From positions 1 through 50,566 of the IMG/VR virus record IMGVR_UViG_3300011118_000009: a DNA stretch of 50,566 bases. One strand, 5' to 3'. This stretch comes from a virus. Taxonomy: Duplodnaviria; Caudoviricetes. The notes beneath the pieces are model-generated. The model was not told the DNA's origin. It searched no databases and saw only the letters and a list, made by a program, of their open reading frames with translations. Of the stretch, positions 1 to 9,724 are shown one piece after another (within the stretch, counting starts at the first letter, position 1; every line of letters starts with the position of its first letter). The position numbers were made by a program, and so were the translations under genes.

Positions 1-7
1 CACTCAA

Positions 8-934
8 ATGACTTACGCCAACGGCTTTAGATTCCGCAGTACCGATATGGTTTCTGGAAATCATTGCATTGATGGAGACTCAGACGGTAAATCAAACGGT
101 GAGGGCAGAGCTTGGTATGTTGACAGTGATAACGGGGTCGATACCAACTCCGGTCGTTCTTGGGGCCAAGCGAAATTAACTATCGCGGCGGCAGTTGCCC
201 TTTGTGCGGATTATGATACTATCTATCTTCGAGGTGTTACAGGTTTTGCAGAGAGTGTAGTTACCACTCCGGCAATTACTAACGTAAAAATAATTGGAGT
301 AGACAGTACAAAGAGACGACCTGAATGGAAATCGGCGGCACAAGGATCTTATGCTTTACAGATAAGGAGTTTGGATTGGGAAGTGCATAATATTCGATTT
401 TCGGGAAATCTCACCAATACAGTCTGCCTCGTCAAAGTTACATACGACCTCTCTACCTATTATGGTGCTGGTGTTCTAATTAAGGATTGTTACTTCCACG
501 GTGGTGGGGATTCAGTTGGTGGAATAGAGTTCAATGGTGGTGGATTCCAGAACGATGTCATTGGTTGCCACTTCACAGATTTTGGTGGAGTCGGTGCTGC
601 CGGGATTTGGACTACCAACCATCTTAATTATTTCCTTCATGCCAAGATTGTTGGCAACTGGTTCTCAGAAAATGTTAACTGTCTCAGAATTAATGCTCAG
701 ACGTGTCTCGTTAAAGACAATGTTTTTCAGACCGAAGGTGCTGAGAGAGATGCAACTGTTGTCTGTGATTTAGTCAACAGTGGTGGTAGCGGTTGTAAAG
801 GTAATTGTTGTGTTGGCAACTACTTCGGTGATGTTACTGCAAATATTACCTCAACCTATGGTTACTATGGCGGTACGGGGGATTTATGGGTTAATGAGAC
901 GGCAGATGCCAAAGATTATGGCGTTCCAACCTAA
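8..934 (+). CDS. Right-handed beta-helix (pectin-lyase-like) virion protein
   Basis: N-cap motif WYVDSDNGVDTNSGRSWGQAKLTIAAAV..DTIYLRG followed by Asn/Gly/Cys-rich beta-helix rungs. Confidence 0.75.
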   Translation: MTYANGFRFRSTDMVSGNHCIDGDSDGKSNGEGRAWYVDSDNGVDTNSGRSWGQAKLTIAAAVALCADYDTIYLRGVTGFAESVVTTPAITNVKIIGVDSTKRRPEWKSAAQGSYALQIRSLDWEVHNIRFSGNLTNTVCLVKVTYDLSTYYGAGVLIKDCYFHGGGDSVGGIEFNGGGFQNDVIGCHFTDFGGVGAAGIWTTNHLNYFLHAKIVGNWFSENVNCLRINAQTCLVKDNVFQTEGAERDATVVCDLVNSGGSGCKGNCCVGNYFGDVTANITSTYGYYGGTGDLWVNETADAKDYGVPT

Positions 935-949
935 GATGAATTTTAATGC

Positions 950-982
950 GTGCCCCCTTGAGGATATGGGGGGCACCTTTTT
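950..982 (+). terminator. Rho-independent terminator
   Basis: GTGCCCCC...GGGGGCAC stem followed by CTTTTT just after the stop codon. Confidence 0.75.
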
Positions 983-993
983 CTCTTTGAAAT

Positions 994-1380
994 ATGATAG
1001 AGCTTCGTCAAAATACCGAGCAAATAATTAGAGTCGGCGTGCTTTTAACTAAGCAACCAAAGTTGTCTGACCCGCTTGACCCCATTTACGGGGCTTTACT
1101 TGAGTGGTATTATTGGCGATACATTATAAAAGCCAACGGATTTGTTCAAGATATACTAACACGAACTTGGATAGATATTCCAAATTGTACTGGTTGTTAT
1201 TTCTTGACTCTGACAGCCGGGGATACAAGTGAATTAGGCTCAATGGTATTATACATTTATGATGCAGGCTCTTTAGGAAGGCCGATTTTTATGGAATTTG
1301 AAGTGGTATCCCAATATTTTTGGGATGCGAAGTATAATAATGATTGTTTGGTTATTGAGTCTCAGGCTCAAAAGGGGTAA
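994..1380 (+). CDS. Hypothetical virion-associated protein
   Basis: 128 aa beta-rich ORF tightly coupled to the next gene. Confidence 0.6.
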   Translation: MIELRQNTEQIIRVGVLLTKQPKLSDPLDPIYGALLEWYYWRYIIKANGFVQDILTRTWIDIPNCTGCYFLTLTAGDTSELGSMVLYIYDAGSLGRPIFMEFEVVSQYFWDAKYNNDCLVIESQAQKG

Positions 1381-1382
1381 TT

Positions 1383-1976
1383 ATGTCACAAGGAATTTAT
1401 AAAACAGGGGAAGCAATTGATGTAACATACCAAGCTACTAAGGCTACATCAGGACTTATTGATGTTACAATGGAAATTTACGATGAAACCAGAGCTTTAG
1501 ATGGTGTAAATTTTCCAGATATTACTATGACTGAAATTGGTTCAACTGGTCGGTATTACGGCTCATTTACTCCCGATGCCGAGGGTGTTTGGAGTGTGAT
1601 GCTTGACAGTGCTACTAAGAGTGGTAAAGTCGTCAAGACCTTTTTAGTTGTAGCACATAATATTGATAGTATCGGTGACGCCATTGCTGCCCTCAATAAT
1701 CTTTCTACCACCGATGTCAATGCAGAAGTTGACACAGCACTGGCAGATTATGATGGGCCTACAAAAGCTGAATTAGATTCGGGGTTAGCTGCTCTTAATG
1801 ATATTTCCACTGCGGAGGTAAATACTCAGGTAGATACTGCTCTTGCTGATTATGATGGTCCAACTATGGCCGAATTAGCCGCATCAGAATTAGCTATTCG
1901 CGGTGCAGATAGTGATACGTTAGAAACATTATCGGATCAACTTGACGATATTGGAGGCTCCCCGATGTTGGGATAG
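1383..1976 (+). CDS. Virion protein, Ig-like N-terminus plus acidic helical tandem repeat
   Basis: EIGSTGRYYGSFTPDAEGVW beta-sandwich signature; duplicated AALNxxSTxxVNxxVDTALADYDGPTxAEL. Confidence 0.65.
   Translation: MSQGIYKTGEAIDVTYQATKATSGLIDVTMEIYDETRALDGVNFPDITMTEIGSTGRYYGSFTPDAEGVWSVMLDSATKSGKVVKTFLVVAHNIDSIGDAIAALNNLSTTDVNAEVDTALADYDGPTKAELDSGLAALNDISTAEVNTQVDTALADYDGPTMAELAASELAIRGADSDTLETLSDQLDDIGGSPMLG
1686..1878 (+). repeat. Intragenic tandem duplication, 102-bp (34 aa) period
   Basis: Two copies of the AALN...VDTALADYDGPT.AEL unit with synonymous divergence. Confidence 0.85.
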
Positions 1977-1988
1977 AAGTTTATATGT

Positions 1989-2264
1989 ATGGCTATATCT
2001 ATCACAATTCGACATCACGAAAAAGTATTCCAATTATTTTATGCCTCCGCGGGTTTCTTGGAGGGGGTAGAAGTAACAGGATATATAATCTATCCCGACA
2101 TGACAAAATCTGATGTATTACAACTTGATGAATTAGGCGACGGAATATATTCTGGATTTTTTCCGTTTATAAAAAAATCAAATAAATTGATAGAAAGATA
2201 TGGAATAGTAATGAAAGAAAACGGAGCAACAAAACTTTTCAAAATTATTAATTTAACAACTTAA
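1989..2264 (+). CDS. Hypothetical protein (Ig-like)
   Basis: 91 aa; LDELGDGIYSG resembles MTEIGSTGRYYG of the upstream gene. Confidence 0.55.
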   Translation: MAISITIRHHEKVFQLFYASAGFLEGVEVTGYIIYPDMTKSDVLQLDELGDGIYSGFFPFIKKSNKLIERYGIVMKENGATKLFKIINLTT

Positions 2265-2275
2265 AGGACCTTAAA

Positions 2276-3379
2276 ATGCCACAGGAAACAAGACCTGGAA
2301 AAAGTGAAGCCAATTGGCCAATTGTTCATAAGAACGGCACTACGGCTAAATCTACTACTCTATTAAATGGTTCCGGGGGCCGAAGTAGTCATTGGATAAC
2401 CGGCTACCAACTCGACGGAGCTCTTGCCACCGCAGACGGATTTCACCTCTTGCGGAGGGCTTGCGTTCATATTAATGGAGCCGATACATGGACTGTAACG
2501 GATGATAATATATTTGATTGGGCGTCTGATACTGATGGAACTGATGGACACTTTGCCTTGGAGATGTGGGTTTATGTTCCCTCCGCAGGTGGGGCTGTAG
2601 CTGGTCTTTTGAAGCGAGGAACAGCCACTAATGGGTGGGTTTTATCTGTTGGAACAACTGGATTAGTAACCTTTACAGTAGATGACAATACAATTGCTTC
2701 GGCTCTAACAATAACAAGTACCAATTCTATTCACGATGGATGGCATCTGATAACAGTAAGGTGTATAAGAAATTCTGCGACCGGCTTAAATCTGGCGATA
2801 GACGGAGTGGCCGATGCAGATGCGAAACCTACCACCGCTCTCGATGCTGCTGTAGCTGGTGGGGATGATATTACAATTACAGGGGAAACCGGCGATGATT
2901 TGTGGGTGGGTCCAATCGGCATGTATGAAGGTTCCTCCGCAGAGTTATCTGCTGCGACTGTATTGGCTAATTACAATAAGGGAATCGGTCGTAAATATGA
3001 CGGAAGTGAAACGGGATTGATTGCTGCATGGAATAACGATGAGGGGGTTGGAACTGCTTGTTATGATATTCTGAATAATGATTCCGCGAAAGCCGCCCTT
3101 AGTGTAGAGTTGTGGTCTCCTACCAAACAGTCTGGAGCAACTGCCGCCGTTGAGAAGTGTGGACCTCCATTCCCAAAAAAGAGTGAGGGTAATTCCGAAG
3201 ACCCGTTGCCGACTGTTGGCTTTTTCAGTACGGGAGTTGCTGCCGCTGCGGGGGTAATGCAGCCTGTTTGTGTGACTTTCCCACAAGCAATTCAGATCGG
3301 TCGTGATAATCCGGTACGAATTTTAGAAACCGATGGTGGATTTGGTTTGATTTTGTTTGGACATACAACAAACGCATAA
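2276..3379 (+). CDS. LamG/ConA-like jelly-roll virion protein
   Basis: FALEMWVY...DGWHLITV...LAIDGV and GLIAAWNNDEGVG motifs. Confidence 0.75.
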   Translation: MPQETRPGKSEANWPIVHKNGTTAKSTTLLNGSGGRSSHWITGYQLDGALATADGFHLLRRACVHINGADTWTVTDDNIFDWASDTDGTDGHFALEMWVYVPSAGGAVAGLLKRGTATNGWVLSVGTTGLVTFTVDDNTIASALTITSTNSIHDGWHLITVRCIRNSATGLNLAIDGVADADAKPTTALDAAVAGGDDITITGETGDDLWVGPIGMYEGSSAELSAATVLANYNKGIGRKYDGSETGLIAAWNNDEGVGTACYDILNNDSAKAALSVELWSPTKQSGATAAVEKCGPPFPKKSEGNSEDPLPTVGFFSTGVAAAAGVMQPVCVTFPQAIQIGRDNPVRILETDGGFGLILFGHTTNA

Positions 3380-3391
3380 AAGAGTAATATA

Positions 3392-3613
3392 ATGGGTGTT
3401 AGAAGTTGGCAGTATGGACGGGAAATTGATAAAGAAGGGAAGTCCCTTTCAGCTACTCATAAACGAGCCGTCCATAAATCTTCGATGGCTACAAAGCCGA
3501 ATAAATTTAATCGGCCCTCCACAGGGGATAGGCTAATCTTGGCTCTGTTGAAGGCCCTTAAAAGTAAAAAGAAGGTGAAACATGGCAAAGTCAGTAAAAC
3601 CAACTCTCGTTGA
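3392..3613 (+). CDS. Small basic hypothetical protein
   Basis: 73 aa Lys-rich ORF in operon context. Confidence 0.45.
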   Translation: MGVRSWQYGREIDKEGKSLSATHKRAVHKSSMATKPNKFNRPSTGDRLILALLKALKSKKKVKHGKVSKTNSR

Positions 3614-3779
3614 GAAACTTCTTATTCAAAAGAGACTCCGGGCCAAGTACCCCCAGATGTTCAAAAAAGGGTGGGGGAAAAAGAAACCGTTAACGACAAA
3701 GAGACATTCGGATATAGCGAGCCAGCTACGTAAGGCTGGTATCGACCAGGCAACTATTAATCGTATGAAAGGAAAATAG
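3582..3779 (+). CDS. Small basic hypothetical protein
   Basis: 65 aa; AAGGTG ribosome-binding site. Confidence 0.55.
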   Translation: MAKSVKPTLVEKLLIQKRLRAKYPQMFKKGWGKKKPLTTKRHSDIASQLRKAGIDQATINRMKGK

Positions 3780-3781
3780 AA

Positions 3782-3976
3782 ATGAACCCAGTAGAACAAG
3801 CACACAAAAATTTGCAACATTTGTTACGCAATGGGCGTATGACCCTCAATGGAGCCGCTTTGACTGGCACTGAAATGATACAAATACTTCAAGATGAACA
3901 GCTATTGTATGAGCAAGCAAAGGAACTTGAAGCGACTAAATTCGTAGTTAAGCCCCCCGCAGAAAAGAAAGGATAA
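3782..3976 (+). CDS. Hypothetical protein
   Basis: 64 aa; AAAGGA RBS, coupled to neighbours. Confidence 0.55.
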   Translation: MNPVEQAHKNLQHLLRNGRMTLNGAALTGTEMIQILQDEQLLYEQAKELEATKFVVKPPAEKKG

Positions 3977-3979
3977 TCC

Positions 3980-4366
3980 ATGTTAAATATGGTCAGTCAT
4001 TATTCACTGGATGAACACACGATTGTCCCCACTGACCTTGCTCGATGGTGTAATCGAATGGTGGAAGGCGACCCCTTGCGAGAGGGGAAGTTTTTCACTA
4101 TTCGTTATAACAAGCTTGGGGTTTTCGTACTCGCGGAGTGGCTTGCAGAACCCCGCAGTAGATTTGTCGATGTAATGAATCTCGGTAACTCCATTGGTAT
4201 AACCAGAGAGCAGGGAAACGAACTCAAACGTAGGATTCTCGCCCCCCTCACTGCGGAGGAAACGATTCTTCAAACCACCCAAGCCGACAGTGACTATCAT
4301 CATGGGTTACAGGATGAGAACGAGGAAGAGACTGAACGGTGGGAGAGAGTAGCGAGGGGAGAATGA
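3980..4366 (+). CDS. Hypothetical protein
   Basis: 128 aa; AAAGGA RBS. Confidence 0.65.
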   Translation: MLNMVSHYSLDEHTIVPTDLARWCNRMVEGDPLREGKFFTIRYNKLGVFVLAEWLAEPRSRFVDVMNLGNSIGITREQGNELKRRILAPLTAEETILQTTQADSDYHHGLQDENEEETERWERVARGE

Positions 4367-4614
4367 AACGAAAAAAGAAGAAATTTGGGGATCAGATTTA
4401 TTTAGAATGGTTTGATGCTTGCGAGCGAACCGGTTGGAAACCTCTTTTTGATGCAATGACAATAGATGACGAAGTCTTTTGTAAAACTACTGCATTTTAT
4501 CTTGGGGAAAATAAAGACTTTGTAATTGTTGCTCATACCATTGGAAAAACAGATAAGAATGATATTACCGGAATTTTTCAAATACCAAAAAAATGGATTA
4601 CTAAATGGAAATAG
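4363..4614 (+). CDS. Small phage protein (Y.EW.DA...GW...IPK pattern)
   Basis: ATGA overlap with the upstream stop; pattern familiar from small phage proteins. Confidence 0.6.
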   Translation: MKRKKKKFGDQIYLEWFDACERTGWKPLFDAMTIDDEVFCKTTAFYLGENKDFVIVAHTIGKTDKNDITGIFQIPKKWITKWK

Positions 4615-4617
4615 CTA

Positions 4618-4773
4618 ATGACGAATGCAGACCGAGATAAATTAGCAATAGAGACTGCAAACGACGTGAAGTGGATAAAAGCGTGGACAGTTGAACATAA
4701 TCAAAAACACGCAAGATATGTGTATTATTTTATCACAACTTTTATTGCCATCGGATTAAGTTGGTTTCGATAA
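4618..4773 (+). CDS. Small membrane protein, holin/XhlA-like candidate (not in ORF track)
   Basis: MTNADRDKLAIETANDVKWIKAWTVEHNQKHARYVYYFITTFIAIGLSWFR: short helix plus C-terminal TM segment; fills the intergenic gap. Confidence 0.5.
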   Translation: MTNADRDKLAIETANDVKWIKAWTVEHNQKHARYVYYFITTFIAIGLSWFR

Positions 4774-4791
4774 AATAGTAGGAAGGAAAAT

Positions 4792-5697
4792 ATGGCATAT
4801 ACTGAATCATTTCTAACTCGGGCAATTGCGGATGTTCGGGAAGATACGGACGAACCTATTATCAAGGCTAAATATCCAGATGCGAGGATTATATTGCACC
4901 TGGAGACAGCCTATATCCTGGCACTCAATGAGATGAATAGAAATTCTAAAACCCCCGCAGTGGCAAGGGTTACAAAAACAATTGCATCCGGTATAACTGC
5001 TTATGCCTTACCTCATACCGTTGGATCGGTTTATGGTATTTATAAGGCCGGGGACTCTGGGGGCAAAGTGTTTTATGATTCTCGAAGTCGGAATAATCAA
5101 TTGGGTCGAGGGATGTGGCTGGAAGGAAATACTCTCCATGTCCAAACTGCCGACTTATATGGGGCAGGAACTGAACTGACAATTGAATATATTCCATCTG
5201 GTATCGCTCGACTTCATAATGGGGAGTGTACATTAAATGCTGCTGGAACCGTTGTGACATTTGGGGCCACACCGAATGCCGGTACTATGGATACTCATAT
5301 CGAAGCTTATACAGGGGGTATTTTTCGACATCTGGAAACCGATGGAACTACAGTCACCGGGAATATTATGCAGGAGCGGATAATTACCGCTTATAATGCA
5401 GCTACCCGAGCAACTACTTTGGATGTTGCTCTTGATCCCATTCCCATAACTAATGACGGCAAGATATATTATGAGATTGCCCCGGCGATAAGCAAGGGGA
5501 TGGATACGGTGGTTGCTTTGTATGCTGCCTATCGAATTGCAATAAAAGAAGGAAACCGAAAACGAGCGGGGGGAATTTTAGAAGCGTACCGGAATGAAAT
5601 GCGAAATGTAAAGTTGACCGCATATTATTCCAACATGCCGGATGCTCCCTTAATGGACTCCGACAGTCACGATAACCGAAGATATCGCAGGTTCTAA
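4792..5697 (+). CDS. Putative head-tail adaptor / tail tubular protein A-like, with insertion
   Basis: Helical N- and C-termini, IASGITAYALP and LTIEY strands, position ahead of fibre and nozzle genes. Confidence 0.55.
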   Translation: MAYTESFLTRAIADVREDTDEPIIKAKYPDARIILHLETAYILALNEMNRNSKTPAVARVTKTIASGITAYALPHTVGSVYGIYKAGDSGGKVFYDSRSRNNQLGRGMWLEGNTLHVQTADLYGAGTELTIEYIPSGIARLHNGECTLNAAGTVVTFGATPNAGTMDTHIEAYTGGIFRHLETDGTTVTGNIMQERIITAYNAATRATTLDVALDPIPITNDGKIYYEIAPAISKGMDTVVALYAAYRIAIKEGNRKRAGGILEAYRNEMRNVKLTAYYSNMPDAPLMDSDSHDNRRYRRF

Positions 5698-5699
5698 AT

Positions 5700-7655
5700 A
5701 TGGCGGAAGTCTTTGTCAACTCCGGTGACAGCGAATCACTTGCAAGTGCTCCTGCCCCTGCATTACAGGGAAGTTTTATTCCCGGAATAGATATCCCCGA
5801 TGCCCAGGATGGCTTCGGACTTGTTACCCCCCTTGGAGGAGGCCCTACCGCAAGACGATATGGAGAATACGGCGTCTCTGCGGAGGTGTCGGCTCAAAAT
5901 ACACAACTAAATGGATTAGCTCTGGGGGGACTCGGTGGGGGCTTAACTTATGATTTAGGGGGATTTGCAGAACAAGGCCCCAGAGGATTTCCAGGACCAC
6001 AGGGACTGCCGGGGATTACTACGGTAATTGGACTCCCTGCTTATAACTCAAATTTTCTGACCGATCTTCCATATAACTTGGATTCAATTAATGATCTCGG
6101 AACAGCCGCCAACAAGCTGCTCTATACAAGTGCCTATACGGGGTATTTAACATTTACTTGGTTTAATAGTGGGCACACTATCGGGGCGGGGAGTAAAAAC
6201 TGGGATGGAGTTGCATCTGATTCTGATGGGTCTAATTTAATTATCGGAGAAACTTACATCTATATATCAGACGATAGTGGGACCACTTGGACGGAAAGAA
6301 GACCGGCTGGGGCCGCATCAAAAATTTGGAAGGCAATAGCATCAGATGACGATGGTTCCCATTTAATTGCTGGAGCAACCCCGGGCAGATTATATACATC
6401 CTCCGACGGAGGAGTTAACTGGACGGAGAGACAACCTGCGGGAGCCACTGATGTATATTGGCAGTCGGGAGCCTCAGATGGCGATGGGTCTAACTTGATA
6501 GTATGTGAGGCGGGGGCGGGGTTGGGTGGCGGTAGAATTTGGACATCTTCCGATGGGGGGATTAATTGGGTAGAGAGACGGCCTATAGATGATAATGATT
6601 ATGTTTGGAGAAAAGTAGTTTCGGATAACGATGGTTCTGTTTTAGTAGCTACCTTAAATGGTTCCGGGGATGTATATATTTCAGTCAATTCTGGGGGTAC
6701 TTGGACTGCGAGACAACCGGGCGGAAGTTCTGCAAGTTGGCATGGTTTAGCTTCTGATTCGGATGGCTCGAACCTAATAGTGGCGGGATACAATGGGAGA
6801 CTATATACCTCCTCCGATTATGGAGTTAATTGGACGGAGCAGCAACCGGCAGGGGATGCTAATAAACAATGGGCGACTGTGGCATCGGATGCTGATGGGT
6901 CTCATTTAGTAGCAGGGGGTTATAATACAAAATTATGGGTATCTGGGGACTCAGGTGCAACTTGGGTACAACAACGTCCAACTGTTTGGACAGGAATTTA
7001 TACCTGGTGGGCCGTTGATTTAGATAATGACGGGTCTAATTTAATTATAGCACAGAACAACGGACTCTTATACACGGGGATTCTTGCTACCACTTATCAA
7101 CTGGCTACGTGGGCTGAATCTGCAATTACCTCCGCAGGGAGGGCGTTACTCGATGATGCCACCGCTGCTGCCCAGGCCACTACACTCGGGTTGGGAACTA
7201 CTGATAGCCCCACACACGTAGGGTTGACCTTATCAGGCATTACTGCGGAGGGTTCAGATGTCGATAAGTTTTTGGTAGATTCTACGGGGGTTATAAAATA
7301 TAGGACAGGGGCTCAAGTATTGTCTGATATAGGGGCTCAGGTACAGAGTGACGCTCTCGATTCTATAGCAGCACTTGGAGCAATCGCTGATAATGAGTTT
7401 ATTGTTGGCACTGGTGCGGGGACTTATGCTTATGAGGACGCTGCTACTGCTGCAACATCTATGGGATTGGGGGAGTTGACAGCGTGGCTGGACGATGTTA
7501 CACTTGAAAATGGGGGAGCTATTACCACCACTCAAGTAGCTACATTTGCTCAATTAGTTTTAACACCCAGGGCTGCGGCGTTGTCTGCGGTAGAGGGTGC
7601 GATGTTTTATGACAATGATGACAATAATGTTTATGTTTGTACGGAAGGGGCTTAA
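5700..7655 (+). CDS. Tail fibre / receptor-binding protein with collagen-like segment and BNR/Asp-box beta-propeller
   Basis: GPRGFPGPQGLPG; about seven repeats of W..VASDxDGS.L plus SSDGGVNWTE; fibre-shaft motif GRALLDDATAAAQATTLGL. Confidence 0.8.
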   Translation: MAEVFVNSGDSESLASAPAPALQGSFIPGIDIPDAQDGFGLVTPLGGGPTARRYGEYGVSAEVSAQNTQLNGLALGGLGGGLTYDLGGFAEQGPRGFPGPQGLPGITTVIGLPAYNSNFLTDLPYNLDSINDLGTAANKLLYTSAYTGYLTFTWFNSGHTIGAGSKNWDGVASDSDGSNLIIGETYIYISDDSGTTWTERRPAGAASKIWKAIASDDDGSHLIAGATPGRLYTSSDGGVNWTERQPAGATDVYWQSGASDGDGSNLIVCEAGAGLGGGRIWTSSDGGINWVERRPIDDNDYVWRKVVSDNDGSVLVATLNGSGDVYISVNSGGTWTARQPGGSSASWHGLASDSDGSNLIVAGYNGRLYTSSDYGVNWTEQQPAGDANKQWATVASDADGSHLVAGGYNTKLWVSGDSGATWVQQRPTVWTGIYTWWAVDLDNDGSNLIIAQNNGLLYTGILATTYQLATWAESAITSAGRALLDDATAAAQATTLGLGTTDSPTHVGLTLSGITAEGSDVDKFLVDSTGVIKYRTGAQVLSDIGAQVQSDALDSIAALGAIADNEFIVGTGAGTYAYEDAATAATSMGLGELTAWLDDVTLENGGAITTTQVATFAQLVLTPRAAALSAVEGAMFYDNDDNNVYVCTEGA

Positions 7656-7657
7656 AA

Positions 7658-8218
7658 ATGGCTGAAACTTGGAAGACAGTAGCTTATGTAGAAGATGTTG
7701 TATCAAATACTTTATTTGATGCTCAATCAGTCTTGGCTGCTACGGTAGATAATACACCTGCTGTCCTTGTAGTTGCCGAGCAAGAACTCGTGGGCCGTAT
7801 TACCGGGGGCAATGTTGATGGCATAGCTATTGGCATAGCCCAGAACAACATAGTACAAATGGACTCGGCGGAGGCAGCAACAGGAGAATATGCAAAATTT
7901 ACTGCGACGGGTCTTGAGAGCAAGACGGTTGGCGAGGTTCTATCCGACATAGGTGTGACTTCTGGGGCGGATGTAACCGGGGATAACGCACCCCAGGCAC
8001 ATGCCGCCAGTCACAAAGATGGAGGAAGCGATGAAATCCTACTCAACGAATTTGGAGAACCTACCGCAGCAGTTGATTTCAATGGACAGGAATTGCAAAA
8101 CACTATCATACATACTGTGGCGGATGACGCAGCTAAAACTGCTTTGACGGCTGCGGTTGGTATGGTTTGTTTTCAGACCGATGAACTGGCAATAAGGGTT
8201 TGTACAGTAGGTGAATAA
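7658..8218 (+). CDS. Tail fibre segment protein
   Basis: ATG 7658; HAASHKDGGSD fibre motif; termini shared with neighbouring genes. Confidence 0.65.
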   Translation: MAETWKTVAYVEDVVSNTLFDAQSVLAATVDNTPAVLVVAEQELVGRITGGNVDGIAIGIAQNNIVQMDSAEAATGEYAKFTATGLESKTVGEVLSDIGVTSGADVTGDNAPQAHAASHKDGGSDEILLNEFGEPTAAVDFNGQELQNTIIHTVADDAAKTALTAAVGMVCFQTDELAIRVCTVGE

Positions 8219-8550
8219 TGGTGGAGAAAAAACCCAAAAAGACAGTGTCTAAAAAGACTATGCCTAAAAAAACTGCTACACTTGATGAAGTTCGTCTGAG
8301 GAACAGGGAAATTCAGAGGCAACAAATGGCGAAGTTAGCTCAAATCTATGAAGACTCCCTTGAGCCAAAAATCGTTATCTTGTATCGTCGCCTGGAGGAA
8401 ATGATTGCACGATCTAAAATGCCACTAATCCACATTTCTCTAATTCTGGATATGCTCAAACAAAGTTGTATAGAACAAGCTACGGATAAGTATGTCACTA
8501 ACGGCTATAAGAAATTAGACGGTATAGGTCTGGAGAAAAAAGATGGCTGA
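8218..8550 (+). CDS. Helical basic protein, possible fibre assembly chaperone
   Basis: 110 aa, translationally coupled between two fibre genes. Confidence 0.5.
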   Translation: MVEKKPKKTVSKKTMPKKTATLDEVRLRNREIQRQQMAKLAQIYEDSLEPKIVILYRRLEEMIARSKMPLIHISLILDMLKQSCIEQATDKYVTNGYKKLDGIGLEKKDG

Positions 8551-9676
8551 AATATGGAAAACAGTTGCTTATGCGGAAGATATAACCAGTATAGTTCACG
8601 GAGGTACTGGAGAAAGTTCTGCTCAAGCTGCTATAGATGCTTTAACGGATGTAGCTGGCGGAACTAATGAACATGTGCTTACAAAGGACACAGGTTCTGG
8701 CAATGCTATATGGAAAGCGGCTGGGAGTGGAATAGACGCTTTCACGGTTAAAGTAGACGCTGCTGCTACGGCTGGTTATCTCGGTGCTGCTTCTAATGAT
8801 GGGGTGTTACGAGTAGATGGCAGTAACATCACTTACACTGATGGTGGTGATTTTGTTACACTAACAACCGCTCAAGGGATTCAAATAACAAGCACTCCAA
8901 CATTTGCAGGTTTGACTGTAGCTGCCGGAGGGATAGGAATCCTGACTGCGGAATATGTAGATGAAGGTGGTGATGTAGAAGCTTGCCGCTTGCGATTGTT
9001 GAACGATAATACAGTAGTAACGCAATTTTCTTCTGTAACAACTGATGATTCTTATATAAACAACGGAGGCGGTTTGGCTATAGGGAGGGGTTCAGCATAT
9101 TCTAAACTCACTGTTGAAGGTACTATAACATTAAAAGAACAAGCTGATGCTGGTGAGGATACTGGTGGTTATGGACAAATATGGGTACATGATGACGATC
9201 CTAACACTCTTTGGTTTACCGATGATGACGGTACTGACGTTCAATTAGGTGTAAGCGGTTTTGAAAGTTGTAGTTTAACATTATTTCCGTATATGAGAAC
9301 CGCTGAAATTCAAGGTACGTGGGTTATTATTCAAAATTCCACCTTCCTTCACGATATATCTTGTAGTAACAGTTCCCATAATGACGGTGATGAGATTAAT
9401 TTTGAAGCCTATATACCCGCTGGAACCTATACTGTTCATTTAACTGGGCAACGAAATACTAATCGTGGCCTTATTGATATATATGTGGGTGTTAATGAGG
9501 TTACTTCCTTCGACCAGTATGGTGTATCAAATACTGATCATTGGTGGACGAATACAGGGGTAACAATCGCCACTTCTGGGGTTCAAACTATTCGGATGGT
9601 CATAGACGGAAAAAATGGGGCGAGTAGCGATTATTGGATGAATATTGGCAGCTTATCTTTTTTTCGGACAGCATAA
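8543..9676 (+). CDS. Distal tail fibre protein with C-terminal carbohydrate-binding (CBM6/35-like) sandwich
   Basis: IVHGGTGESSAQAAIDAL fibre motif; C-terminal PAGTYTVHL...GVQTIRM...GKN pattern. Confidence 0.7.
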   Translation: MAEIWKTVAYAEDITSIVHGGTGESSAQAAIDALTDVAGGTNEHVLTKDTGSGNAIWKAAGSGIDAFTVKVDAAATAGYLGAASNDGVLRVDGSNITYTDGGDFVTLTTAQGIQITSTPTFAGLTVAAGGIGILTAEYVDEGGDVEACRLRLLNDNTVVTQFSSVTTDDSYINNGGGLAIGRGSAYSKLTVEGTITLKEQADAGEDTGGYGQIWVHDDDPNTLWFTDDDGTDVQLGVSGFESCSLTLFPYMRTAEIQGTWVIIQNSTFLHDISCSNSSHNDGDEINFEAYIPAGTYTVHLTGQRNTNRGLIDIYVGVNEVTSFDQYGVSNTDHWWTNTGVTIATSGVQTIRMVIDGKNGASSDYWMNIGSLSFFRTA

Positions 9677-9724
9677 TGAAAAAGTTTAATTATTGACAAC
9701 AGTATAATTTATAGGAGAATTAAA

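Noticed and set aside
6190-7080. Diversity-generating retroelement or DNA repeat array in the fibre gene
   Set aside because: The repeats are protein-level propeller blades with synonymous divergence; no reverse transcriptase or TR/VR pair seen.
9693-9708. Promoter TTGACA...TATAAT ahead of the protease gene
   Set aside because: The two boxes are only 4 nt apart, which does not fit sigma70 spacing.
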